Origin: Desulfurispira natronophila | GTDB taxonomy: Bacteria; Chrysiogenota; Chrysiogenetes; Chrysiogenales; Chrysiogenaceae | Direction of reading: 5' to 3' | Assembly (NCBI RefSeq): GCF_014203025.1 | Contig: NZ_JACHID010000010.1 | Coordinates: 12,688-76,687, forward strand | Length of the DNA: 64,000 nucleotides | Shown: in pieces, positions 1 through 8,004 of the stretch | How positions within the stretch are numbered: position 1 is the stretch's first letter | Layout of the letters: each line of letters begins with the position of its first letter | The notes under the pieces: generated by a model | Told to the model about the DNA's origin: nothing | What the model saw: only the letters and a program-made list of their open reading frames with translations | Databases searched by the model: none | Position numbers and translations under genes: made by a program

Positions 1-86
1 AATACATTTGAATTTCAAATAAACCATTGAAATAAAACACGCAAAGAACCATAAATCTTCTCAAGAATCTTCTCAATGAGGTCAAA

Positions 87-1469
87 ATGCCCACCCGTAA
101 TCAGCAGGCAAGGGAGCGACTGAATCACGTATTGTCCAGGCAGGCGGGTATCAGCGCCGCTGAACTTGCCAGCACGCTGAACATCAGCCTGGCCACTTTC
201 CATCGCCTCCTCAAGGATCGGCAGTCATCCATCCTGGTGACCGGCAAAGCCAGGCGCACGCGCTACGCCCTGCGGCGTCCCCTGCGGGGAGCCCTGAGCG
301 ATATCCCCGTATATCAGATTGACGAACAGGGCCGGATAAGCCCGCTTTCCACCCTGACGCCCGTCTATCCCGGTGGCTGCTGGATGTCCCTGGAAGGCAG
401 TCACTGGCCCGTGGATGACGAACAGCGGCAAGGCTGGTGGGACGGCCTCCCCTACCCGCTCTATCACCTCCAGCCCCAGGGATTTATGGGGCGCAGCTTT
501 GCCCGCGCCGTTCACCAGGCTCTGGAAGTGCCGGATAACCCACTCCTGTGGACCGATGATCAGCTCTTGCATGTGCTGATGCAAAAGGGCAGTGACCTCA
601 GCGGCAATATCATTGTGGGTGATCCCGCCTGCGAACGCTGGCAGCAGGGCAAGCTGAATCCGGTTTCGCCCATCAAGCCAGCAGAGCTGGAAGAACAGTA
701 CATCAACCTGGCTGAACAAGCCCTCAGTTCTGGCGATGCGGGCTCCAGCGCCGCCGGTGAATTCCCAAAATTCACCGCTATGCGCGAGCTGACAGGCAGC
801 GCCACTCCCCATGTTATTGTGAAGTTTTCCGGCGCCGACAAATCGGCAGCCGTTACGCGCTGGCGCGATCTGCTGGTATGCGAACATCTGGCCTTGCAGC
901 ATATTCAGGAATTGCCCGATCAGAGCGCCGCCCCAAGTCGCATCCTGCGCCATAACAACCGGACGTTTCTTGAAGTGGAGCGCTTCGACCGCCATGGACC
1001 GTTTGGCCGCAGCCCACTGATCAGCCTGGAAATTTTCAATGCTGCCCTGCTTGGCAAAGCTCCCGTCGACTGGACACAGCAGGCCGACGAGCTGTTCCGG
1101 GCAGGGCTGATAAGCAACGCACAGAGGGATTCCATCCACCTCCAGTGGTGGTATGGCAAGCTGATTGCCAACAGCGACATGCACCTGGGCAACCTGAGCT
1201 TCCGCCCACAACAGGGAACGCTGCAGCTGACCCCAAGCTACGACATGCTCCCCATGCTCTACGCACCCCTGGCAGGCGGCGAAGTGCCTCCGCGCCAGTT
1301 TGAACCCCCACTGCCCCTGCCACGCCAGCAGCAAACCTGGCTGACCGCCTGCCATGCCGCCATAGGGTTCTGGCTGGAGGCAGCGGAGGACTCGCGCATA
1401 ACCGACGACTTTCGCCAAACAGCCAGGGCGAACGGCCACCGGTTGATGGAACTGAGAGAGAAAATTTAA
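87..1469 (+). CDS. HipA-family Ser/Thr kinase with fused N-terminal helix-turn-helix (YjjJ/HipH-like toxin-type kinase)
   Basis: N-terminal HTH (AELASTLNISLATFHRLLKD) resembling E. coli YjjJ N-terminus; C-terminal HipA catalytic loop motif ANSDMHLGNLSF (HipA D-x-H-x-x-N signature); 460 aa. Confidence 0.7.
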   Translation: MPTRNQQARERLNHVLSRQAGISAAELASTLNISLATFHRLLKDRQSSILVTGKARRTRYALRRPLRGALSDIPVYQIDEQGRISPLSTLTPVYPGGCWMSLEGSHWPVDDEQRQGWWDGLPYPLYHLQPQGFMGRSFARAVHQALEVPDNPLLWTDDQLLHVLMQKGSDLSGNIIVGDPACERWQQGKLNPVSPIKPAELEEQYINLAEQALSSGDAGSSAAGEFPKFTAMRELTGSATPHVIVKFSGADKSAAVTRWRDLLVCEHLALQHIQELPDQSAAPSRILRHNNRTFLEVERFDRHGPFGRSPLISLEIFNAALLGKAPVDWTQQADELFRAGLISNAQRDSIHLQWWYGKLIANSDMHLGNLSFRPQQGTLQLTPSYDMLPMLYAPLAGGEVPPRQFEPPLPLPRQQQTWLTACHAAIGFWLEAAEDSRITDDFRQTARANGHRLMELREKI

Positions 1470-1480
1470 CGGGAAATCTG

Positions 1481-2086
1481 CTATAGTTCCTCGGTCCTGA
1501 ATTCACTATAACCCTCATAAAAATAGCTCACATCAATGCCCTTCATAAACAGGGTGCGGTCATTAATCTGATCGGTCAGGGCTTGTTGCAGCAAAACCAT
1601 GATTTCCACATCTTTCACCGGGCTGCGCTGCATGGCACAGAGGTATTCGTCCTTATCAACCCGGTTCCAGTCCACGACTTGCCTGATGGCGTTTTTCAGC
1701 ATCAGGTCTAGCCAGATGCGAGTGGCGCGGCCATTGCCCTCGCGGAAAGGGTGGGCGATGTTCATCTCCACGTATTTTTCGATAATCTGGTCAAAGGTGT
1801 CCTGTGGCATGGCGTCTATGTTTTTCAGCGCGGCCTCCAGGTACATCAGCGGCACAAAACGGAAATCGCCTTTTGCGATATTCACATCACGGACTTTCCC
1901 GGCAAAGTGATAAATATCGCCAAATAAATAGACATGAATAGAGGCCAGCCCGGCAAAGGTGCCGACTTCCACCTTGTTGATGTCGCCTGAATCGAACAGT
2001 TGTTTGGCCTTTTGCTTGCTGATTTTCTCTTCTGCCTTGGCCAGCTCGATTTGATCGGTGATGCTTAATATGTTTTCCAGGGTCAT
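1481..2086 (-). CDS. Fic family protein (FicT-like AMP-transferase toxin-type, class III with C-terminal inhibitory SxxxEG motif)
   Basis: Fic motif HPFREGNGRATR; C-terminal SYFYEG matches (S/T)xxxE(G/N) inhibitory helix motif; 201 aa; lower-GC coding. Confidence 0.85.
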   Translation of the reverse strand: MTLENILSITDQIELAKAEEKISKQKAKQLFDSGDINKVEVGTFAGLASIHVYLFGDIYHFAGKVRDVNIAKGDFRFVPLMYLEAALKNIDAMPQDTFDQIIEKYVEMNIAHPFREGNGRATRIWLDLMLKNAIRQVVDWNRVDKDEYLCAMQRSPVKDVEIMVLLQQALTDQINDRTLFMKGIDVSYFYEGYSEFRTEEL

Positions 2087-2342
2087 GCCTTATCCCCCCC
2101 AGCTTTTATAACCCTTCGAATTCGAGGGGTTTGGAGTACGGATTGAATTCTGAAACCACGAATGGGCACGAATACACACGAAAATTTCATAACACTATCT
2201 GCTGCTACTCGAGTTTGTGGGGTGAAGTTGAGGATCAGGCCGACATCCAGACCACTAACTGTGAGATAACTTTTATCTTGGCTTTTTCGACGTCTTTGCA
2301 TACCAATTCGTGTTTATTAGTGTTCATTCGTGGTTTGATCAT
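2083..2342 (-). pseudogene. GxxExxY-family (PD-(D/E)XK-like) gene remnant, internally deleted
   Basis: Minus-strand reading gives N-terminus MIKPRMNTNKHELVCKD (matches copy at 3645-4041) then a break; track ORF 2083-2301 retains family-typical C-terminal segment SYLTVSGLDVGLILNF. DNA about 85 percent identical to 3640-3730 and 3990-4045. Confidence 0.45.
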
Positions 2343-2385
2343 CTTCGCCCCAAAGAGCAATCAAGCTCACTCAGCTATTGGCGAG

Positions 2386-3486
2386 TCAAAAGTTGCAAAG
2401 ATAGCTCGTACTCCGCCCTCCACTGTCGCTTTTCCGCAGTAGCCCCTTGTCGATCAAGTCCCGAATGTCTCGGTGTGCCGTATCCTGGGAGCATTTTGTC
2501 ATTTTTGCCCACTTGCTGGTGGTGAGTTTGCCTTTAAAATCGGGCTCAAGTAGCCGCTGCAACATGGCTTGCTGGCGTTGGTTGAGGGGGATGTGGGCAT
2601 TATTGGCCCAGAATTTCTGCCGTTGCAGGATGTGCTGCAGGGTGTGCTCTGCGGTGGCGATGGCGGCCTCCAGGCAGTCCAGAAACCAGCGAATCCAGGA
2701 GGTAATGTCCATGGAGCCTTTCTGGGTAGCCTCCAGGATGTCATAGTACTCCTTGCGTTGAATAAGTATCTGGCTGGAAAGACTGTAAAATCGCTGGTGT
2801 GTGTTTTCGCTGTGGGCGAGGGACATATCGCCAATGGCGCGGGCAATGCGACCATTGCCATCGGCGTAAGGGTGGATGGTCACAAACCAAAGATGGGCGA
2901 TGGCCGCCCGTATGAGAGGTTCCTGATCGCCATGGGAGTTGTGCCACGTCAGAAATCGCTCCATCTCACTGGGAACAACCGAAGCCGGTGGTGCTTCGTA
3001 ATGGACTTTCTCTCGCCCATAGTATCCCGAAACCACCTGCATGGGGCCGTTTTCGTCGGTGCGCCAGGCACCTGTCGGAATGGTGGCAAGCCCGCTGCGG
3101 CCAGTGGGGAAAAGAGCCCCATGCCACGAGTGAAGTCGTTCGCTTGTGAGAGGCAGATGGTAATTTTGGGTGGCATCCAGCATCATTTCCACTACGCCAT
3201 CCACGTGATGGCTGGAGGGGACGAGTCCTCCATGGTTGATTCCCAGTCGCCTGGCGACGGAGGAACGAACCTGCTGGGGATTGAGGATTTCTCCTTCAAT
3301 TTCGCTGGTATGGACTACGTCTTGGGTAAGCGTTTCCATCCAGGCACTTTCCCGCAGGTCAAACCCGATATGCGCCATTTTCCCCAGCAGAATTCCCTGC
3401 TGGTAACGCACCCGCGAAAGGGTTTCTGTCAGCGTATCCAGATGATAGTGCCACGTGGGCCAGTCTTTCTTTTGCCAGATATACAT
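2386..3486 (-). CDS. Fic family protein with Fic_N (DUF4172-like) N-domain and C-terminal wHTH; class II (N-terminal TSEIEG inhibitory motif)
   Basis: Fic motif HPYADGNGRIARA; TSEIEG upstream of core; 366 aa. Confidence 0.85.
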   Translation of the reverse strand: MYIWQKKDWPTWHYHLDTLTETLSRVRYQQGILLGKMAHIGFDLRESAWMETLTQDVVHTSEIEGEILNPQQVRSSVARRLGINHGGLVPSSHHVDGVVEMMLDATQNYHLPLTSERLHSWHGALFPTGRSGLATIPTGAWRTDENGPMQVVSGYYGREKVHYEAPPASVVPSEMERFLTWHNSHGDQEPLIRAAIAHLWFVTIHPYADGNGRIARAIGDMSLAHSENTHQRFYSLSSQILIQRKEYYDILEATQKGSMDITSWIRWFLDCLEAAIATAEHTLQHILQRQKFWANNAHIPLNQRQQAMLQRLLEPDFKGKLTTSKWAKMTKCSQDTAHRDIRDLIDKGLLRKSDSGGRSTSYLCNF

Positions 3487-3644
3487 GGTTCACCGTAGTA
3501 GAGATGAGCGGCAGGTTGCGGAAAAGTCATCTGTGACGCTATCTCCACTGCCTGATTCGCGGTTTTTTTAGCAGGCCACCAGGCGCATTCTCCGCAAAAA
3601 ACACGGAGAATGCAAGCCTATTCTCCGCACAGCACACGAACTCT

Positions 3645-4041
3645 TCATAGCACTATCCGTTGCCACTCAAGTTTGGGGTGCTTGAAGTTAAGGATCAGAC
3701 CGACATTCAGGCCACTAATCTTGAGATAATTGATTATCTGGGCTATTTCGATATTGCCGATTTCCTCAATGTTTTGTGTCAACAATGATTTTGTCGAAGA
3801 CGATTAGGTCGGGAATATACTCTCCCACATTCAGTGATTTGTAGATAACAGGGAATCGGGGTTGTTGTGCATAGGGAATATCCTGTCGCCGAAATTCGAC
3901 GACGAGGGCGTTTTCATAGGGCTTTTCCAATAAACCATGACCAAGCGTGTTCAGCACTTTCAGCGCACAGCCAACAATTTGATATACCTCGTCTTTGCAT
4001 ACCAATTTGTGTTTATTCGTGTCCATTTGTGGTTTTATCAT
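3645..4041 (-). pseudogene. GxxExxY-family protein gene, apparently frameshifted (ORF 3766-4041 = 91 aa N-terminal part; conserved C-terminus in another frame)
   Basis: ORF contains GHGLLEKPYENAL (GxxExxY motif). Downstream, in a different frame on the same strand, 3645-3760 encodes ...EEIGNIEIAQIINYLKISGLNVGLILNFKHPKLEWQRIVL, the typical family C-terminus. Either a frameshift mutation or a sequencing error. Confidence 0.5.
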
Positions 4042-4052
4042 CCAGCCGCTCG

Positions 4053-7000
4053 TCAGCTTTCCGACTCAAGGGGCTGCAGCAGGTTCATCAGGTCATCGGC
4101 ATTGAACTGCAGGTCGGCTTCGCCGGAGCGGTTGCCGTACATACTGTCGGCGAGTGACTGTTTGCGCTGCTGCAGGTTGAGGATTTTTTCCTCCACTGTC
4201 TGCTCCGTCAGCAGTTTGTAGACAAAGACCGGTTTGTCCTGTCCGATGCGGTGGGCCCGGTCGGTGGCCTGATTCTCTGCAGCGGGGTTCCACCACGGGT
4301 CGTAGTGGATGACGGTGTCAGCAGCGGTGAGGTTCAGCCCGGTACCGCCGGCTTTGAGGGCGATGAGAAAGACCCTGGCGTCGCCATTCTGGAAGCGATC
4401 AATAGCTTCGTCCCGCTTGCGGGTCTGGCCGGTCAGCTTGGTGTAGGGAATCTGACACTCAATCAGTTCATTTTCGATGATACCCAGCATGGTAGTGAAT
4501 TGAGAAAATATCAGGATTTTGCGCTCCTCTGCCACCATGGGCTGCAACAAGCTCATCAGCAGATCCATCTTGGCAGATTGCTTGACACTGCGGGCCTGCT
4601 CCAGTTTTACCAGGCGGGGATCACAGCAGGTCTGGCGCAGCTTCAGCAGCGCATCCAGTATGGTGATCTGGCTGCGGTTAAATCCCTGCTGGTTGATGGC
4701 TTTGCGTACCTGCTGGTCCATGGCCAGACGAACGGACTCATAGAGGTCCCGCTGTTTCCCCTGCAGGGCGACGGTGCGGACAATTTCGGTTTTAGCCGGC
4801 AGCTCCTGGGCTACCTCCTGCTTGGTGCGGCGCAGCATGAAAGGGGTGACGCGCTGGCGCAGCTGTTGTTGACGCTCAGTGTCGTGCTGCTTTTCAATCG
4901 GGTTGCGGAATATGCGGGTAAACTCCTGCTGGGTTCCGAGGAAGCCGGGCATGAGGAAGTTGAACATGGACCACAACTCACCCAGGTGGTTCTCCATGGG
5001 AGTGCCGGTCAGGCACAGGCGGTGGTTGGCCTCCAGGCGCCCTATCAACCGGGTCGTTTTGGTATTGGCGTTCTTGATATACTGGGCTTCGTCCAGAATG
5101 ACGTAGTGAAAGGGCTGTTTGGCCAGCCGCTTGCTGTCACGGTTGATGAGGGGGTAGGTAGTGACCACCAGGTCGTAGTCTGCCAGATTGTCCAGCTGCT
5201 GGTGGCGCTCACTGCCATGGGAGATACATACGCGCAGATCCGGCGCAAAGCGCAGCGCTTCGTTGCGCCAGTTGCTCATCAGGCTGGTGGGAGCAATTAC
5301 CAGGCTGGGCAGCTGGCCCCGTCCGCTGTTCTTTTCCACCTGCAGGCAGGCCAGTACCTGCAGGGTTTTCCCCAGGCCCATGTCATCGGCCAGAATGCCG
5401 CTGAAGCCATACTCACGCAGGAACTGCAGCCAGTCCAGGCCCTTGTGCTGGTAATCCCGCAGGGTGGCCTGCAGGTTTTGTGGAACCTCCACTGGTTTGA
5501 TGCCCGAGAAACGGCTGAGCCTGTGGGCAATTTCCTGCAGCTGGCGGGCTCCCTGCCACTGGGTCTTTTCATCCTCCAGCAGCTCACCCAGGCTGGCAGC
5601 ACGAGGGCGGGAGAGCGTCAAGCTGCCGTCCTTGTTCAGGCTGCTCTTGTTATACAGCTCGGAAAGGCAGTGCAGGATGTGCTGTATGCGACTGGACTCA
5701 ATGCGGATCCAGCGGTTTTCGTCCAGCTTGGCATACACGTGCTCCATATCTTCCAGCGACTGCAGAAAGTGATCGCCTCCTCCCTGATTATGCAGGACGT
5801 CTATCAAAGTCGGCAGCAGGTTAATGTGCAGGTCGCCAACCTCAAAGCCCAGGCTCAGGTCAAACCAGCCGGAGCTGTGCTCCTGGATCTCCCCCTGAAA
5901 GTGACCCGCGTCATCAATCTGCAGAGAGAATCCCGAAGCGTGCTCAACCTGCCAACCCTCCTGCTTGAGCTGCTCCACGCCCTTTTCCAGAAACTCTGCC
6001 CAGACACACAGTTGACTTTCGTTCGCCGATACCCTGGCTACCATATCAAGGGGCCCCAGGTGCTCGTCTGAGCCGTCAGTGCTGGTGAAGCCCAACTCCT
6101 GCAGAGTGCTCAGAGCCATGATTTCAAAGTCCAGATCGCGATAGATGCGCTTGCGCTGGCCATCGGCGTGGATAATTACCGTGGGCTCGCTACCCAGGGA
6201 GTCCAGCTCATGGTCACCATAGACAAAGCGCAAAGAGGCCACATACAGGCTGGGAGTTTGGGCGTGGCAGTGCAGCCGCAGACGGGCCACCGGACTGTGA
6301 TAAACATCGACAATAGTGGCAGCCGCCACAGTGGCCGGAGTGGGTATTTCCGTATTTGGAAAGAGCTTGAGAAGCTCCTTGCTGACCTTTTTGGCCATGG
6401 CAGCCGGAATAGTGGGAGCCATCAGCATTCGGGATGTGTCGGCACCAGACAGACCATTGTAGTGGAGAGTACCGCAGCAGTTGCCCGGACCATCGAAGTA
6501 GTAGAGGGTGTCGCCGATGAGAAAGTGATCGGTGATGATTCTATTTTCTGAGCTGTAGCGCAGCTGGTAGCTGTTGCTCTTGGTATCGTGTTTCCAGCTT
6601 AGCGAAAGTGTGCGATCTTCAGCCGCAATAACCGGAAAAAACCTGTTGTCCCACTCCTGTGGATGGCACCAGTAGGCCTTGTCTATGGAGAAAAGATTGT
6701 GCAGGACATCGGTGTCCTCCTCTTCAGTCAGCAGCGCTGCTCCATTGTGTATCCTGGCTCCCCGTAATTGACGCAGAATGGTTTTATCTGACCTGGAATA
6801 ATCCGTAAAACTATCAACATAATCCTGAACTATGGCCATATCACGCAGGGGTAGGTATTGAAGGCGCTTTCCCAGGAGCCCGGATTTGAGTATATTTACC
6901 TCGCACACAAAAACACTGATATAGCGATAGGCAGGACTGTCCTGCACAGGATCAAGCAGATAGATCAGGGTTTTGTTCACGGCAGTGGAGGGATCCTTGG

Positions 7001-7436
7001 AGGTGGGTGCAGTTTTTTTCTCAGTGAGCGACAGAAGCCACTGAGCCACCTGCCTGTCCTGCTGAACCTTGGGGCGCTCGTGCCGGTGGTTTTGGACGTA
7101 TCCGAACTCAAGTAGTGTTGCCACAGAGTGCTTGCACCAGGAACCAACCGGACAACTGCAAGAGGCATTGAAAACCGTTCTGCTGCCGGCAGCAATAACC
7201 ACTACGGTGCTGTACTGCCAGGTTCCTGTTACTTTTGCGCGTAAAATGAGAACGTTTGAGTCCTTTTGGTGAGGTCCCAGAACCTTTTCCCACTGCTCCT
7301 TTTCCAGGAGAACCTTCCCGTTTTTCCAGTACTGGTAACCCCGCTGGATGCTCTGATTGGTAAATACCTTTTTTAAGTTGCTGTAGCCTATTCCGGCCCA
7401 CCCTGCCAGTGAGGATATCTCTTCTGATTGTTCCAT
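4053..7436 (-). CDS. SNF2-family (Swi2/Snf2) DNA-dependent ATPase/helicase with N-terminal SWIM zinc finger
   Basis: SWIM CxCx(n)CxH: SCSCPVGSWCKHSVATLLEF; SNF2_N motifs ILADDMGLGKTLQVLA (Walker A), DEAQYIKN (DExx), LTGTPMENHLGELWSMFNFL; helicase C-terminal domain; 1127 aa. Confidence 0.85.
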   Translation of the reverse strand: MEQSEEISSLAGWAGIGYSNLKKVFTNQSIQRGYQYWKNGKVLLEKEQWEKVLGPHQKDSNVLILRAKVTGTWQYSTVVVIAAGSRTVFNASCSCPVGSWCKHSVATLLEFGYVQNHRHERPKVQQDRQVAQWLLSLTEKKTAPTSKDPSTAVNKTLIYLLDPVQDSPAYRYISVFVCEVNILKSGLLGKRLQYLPLRDMAIVQDYVDSFTDYSRSDKTILRQLRGARIHNGAALLTEEEDTDVLHNLFSIDKAYWCHPQEWDNRFFPVIAAEDRTLSLSWKHDTKSNSYQLRYSSENRIITDHFLIGDTLYYFDGPGNCCGTLHYNGLSGADTSRMLMAPTIPAAMAKKVSKELLKLFPNTEIPTPATVAAATIVDVYHSPVARLRLHCHAQTPSLYVASLRFVYGDHELDSLGSEPTVIIHADGQRKRIYRDLDFEIMALSTLQELGFTSTDGSDEHLGPLDMVARVSANESQLCVWAEFLEKGVEQLKQEGWQVEHASGFSLQIDDAGHFQGEIQEHSSGWFDLSLGFEVGDLHINLLPTLIDVLHNQGGGDHFLQSLEDMEHVYAKLDENRWIRIESSRIQHILHCLSELYNKSSLNKDGSLTLSRPRAASLGELLEDEKTQWQGARQLQEIAHRLSRFSGIKPVEVPQNLQATLRDYQHKGLDWLQFLREYGFSGILADDMGLGKTLQVLACLQVEKNSGRGQLPSLVIAPTSLMSNWRNEALRFAPDLRVCISHGSERHQQLDNLADYDLVVTTYPLINRDSKRLAKQPFHYVILDEAQYIKNANTKTTRLIGRLEANHRLCLTGTPMENHLGELWSMFNFLMPGFLGTQQEFTRIFRNPIEKQHDTERQQQLRQRVTPFMLRRTKQEVAQELPAKTEIVRTVALQGKQRDLYESVRLAMDQQVRKAINQQGFNRSQITILDALLKLRQTCCDPRLVKLEQARSVKQSAKMDLLMSLLQPMVAEERKILIFSQFTTMLGIIENELIECQIPYTKLTGQTRKRDEAIDRFQNGDARVFLIALKAGGTGLNLTAADTVIHYDPWWNPAAENQATDRAHRIGQDKPVFVYKLLTEQTVEEKILNLQQRKQSLADSMYGNRSGEADLQFNADDLMNLLQPLESES

Positions 7437-7596
7437 AAGTGTACTCTTTTAGCGTAGTTTGTGAGGACAGTATGATACTGGGCAGCATAGCAGAATGCCG
7501 GAAAAAAAGCAGCTAGAACCAGTGATATACCTGGGGAGGGCAAGAAACATACTCATGCAATTCAGGATATGGTACAAAGTGCTGCAGGAGTGATGT

Positions 7597-8004
7597 ATGC
7601 AGCCCATTGACGTTACCTGCGCCATTATCGAACGTGATGACCAGATACTCATAGCCCAGCGCAGTGAGTCCATGTCTCTGCCGCTGAAATGGGAGTTTCC
7701 CGGAGGTAAAATCCGTGCCGGTGAAAGTCCTTCCGATTGCCTGGTGCGTGAAATTGATGAGGAGCTGGGGGTGAAAGTCACGGTTGTGGCTGCCCTCCCT
7801 TTGGTGACCCATCACTATCCGGAAATCGCTGTTACTCTGCATCCTTTCGTTTGTACTCAGATCAGCGGCGATCTCGTGCTGGCAGAACACGTTGACTGCT
7901 GCTGGGTAAACCTTGAAAGTTTAAGCAGTTATGATCTGGCGGCAGCGGATATTCCCGTTGTGCAAAGCTATGCCCGCTATCGCCGGAATGAGAGGGCAGA
8001 GTGA
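7597..8004 (+). CDS. NUDIX hydrolase (MutT-like nucleoside triphosphate pyrophosphohydrolase)
   Basis: Nudix box GGKIRAGESPSDCLVREIDEELGV (GX5EX7REUXEEXGU); 135 aa; stop overlaps next gene start (ATGA at 8001-8004). Confidence 0.85.
   Translation: MQPIDVTCAIIERDDQILIAQRSESMSLPLKWEFPGGKIRAGESPSDCLVREIDEELGVKVTVVAALPLVTHHYPEIAVTLHPFVCTQISGDLVLAEHVDCCWVNLESLSSYDLAAADIPVVQSYARYRRNERAE

Noticed and set aside
225-1439. 404-aa minus-strand ORF fully antisense to the HipA-like gene
   Set aside because: Shadow ORF typical of GC-rich DNA. The plus-strand frame has clear HTH and HipA motifs. The antisense product is low-complexity and Ala/Gly/Pro-rich.
2131-4050. Repeated about 250-bp elements with inverted-repeat ends, first suspected to be a structured ncRNA or rRNA-intervening-sequence-like element
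   Set aside because: Translating the minus strand shows they are protein-coding remnants of a GxxExxY-family gene (N- and C-terminal peptide signatures preserved). This is not an RNA gene. No rRNA is nearby.
4251-6071. 606-aa plus-strand ORF antisense to the SNF2 helicase
   Set aside because: Shadow ORF. The SNF2 frame carries canonical Walker and SNF2 motifs. The antisense frame is Gly/Ala/Leu-rich with no motif.
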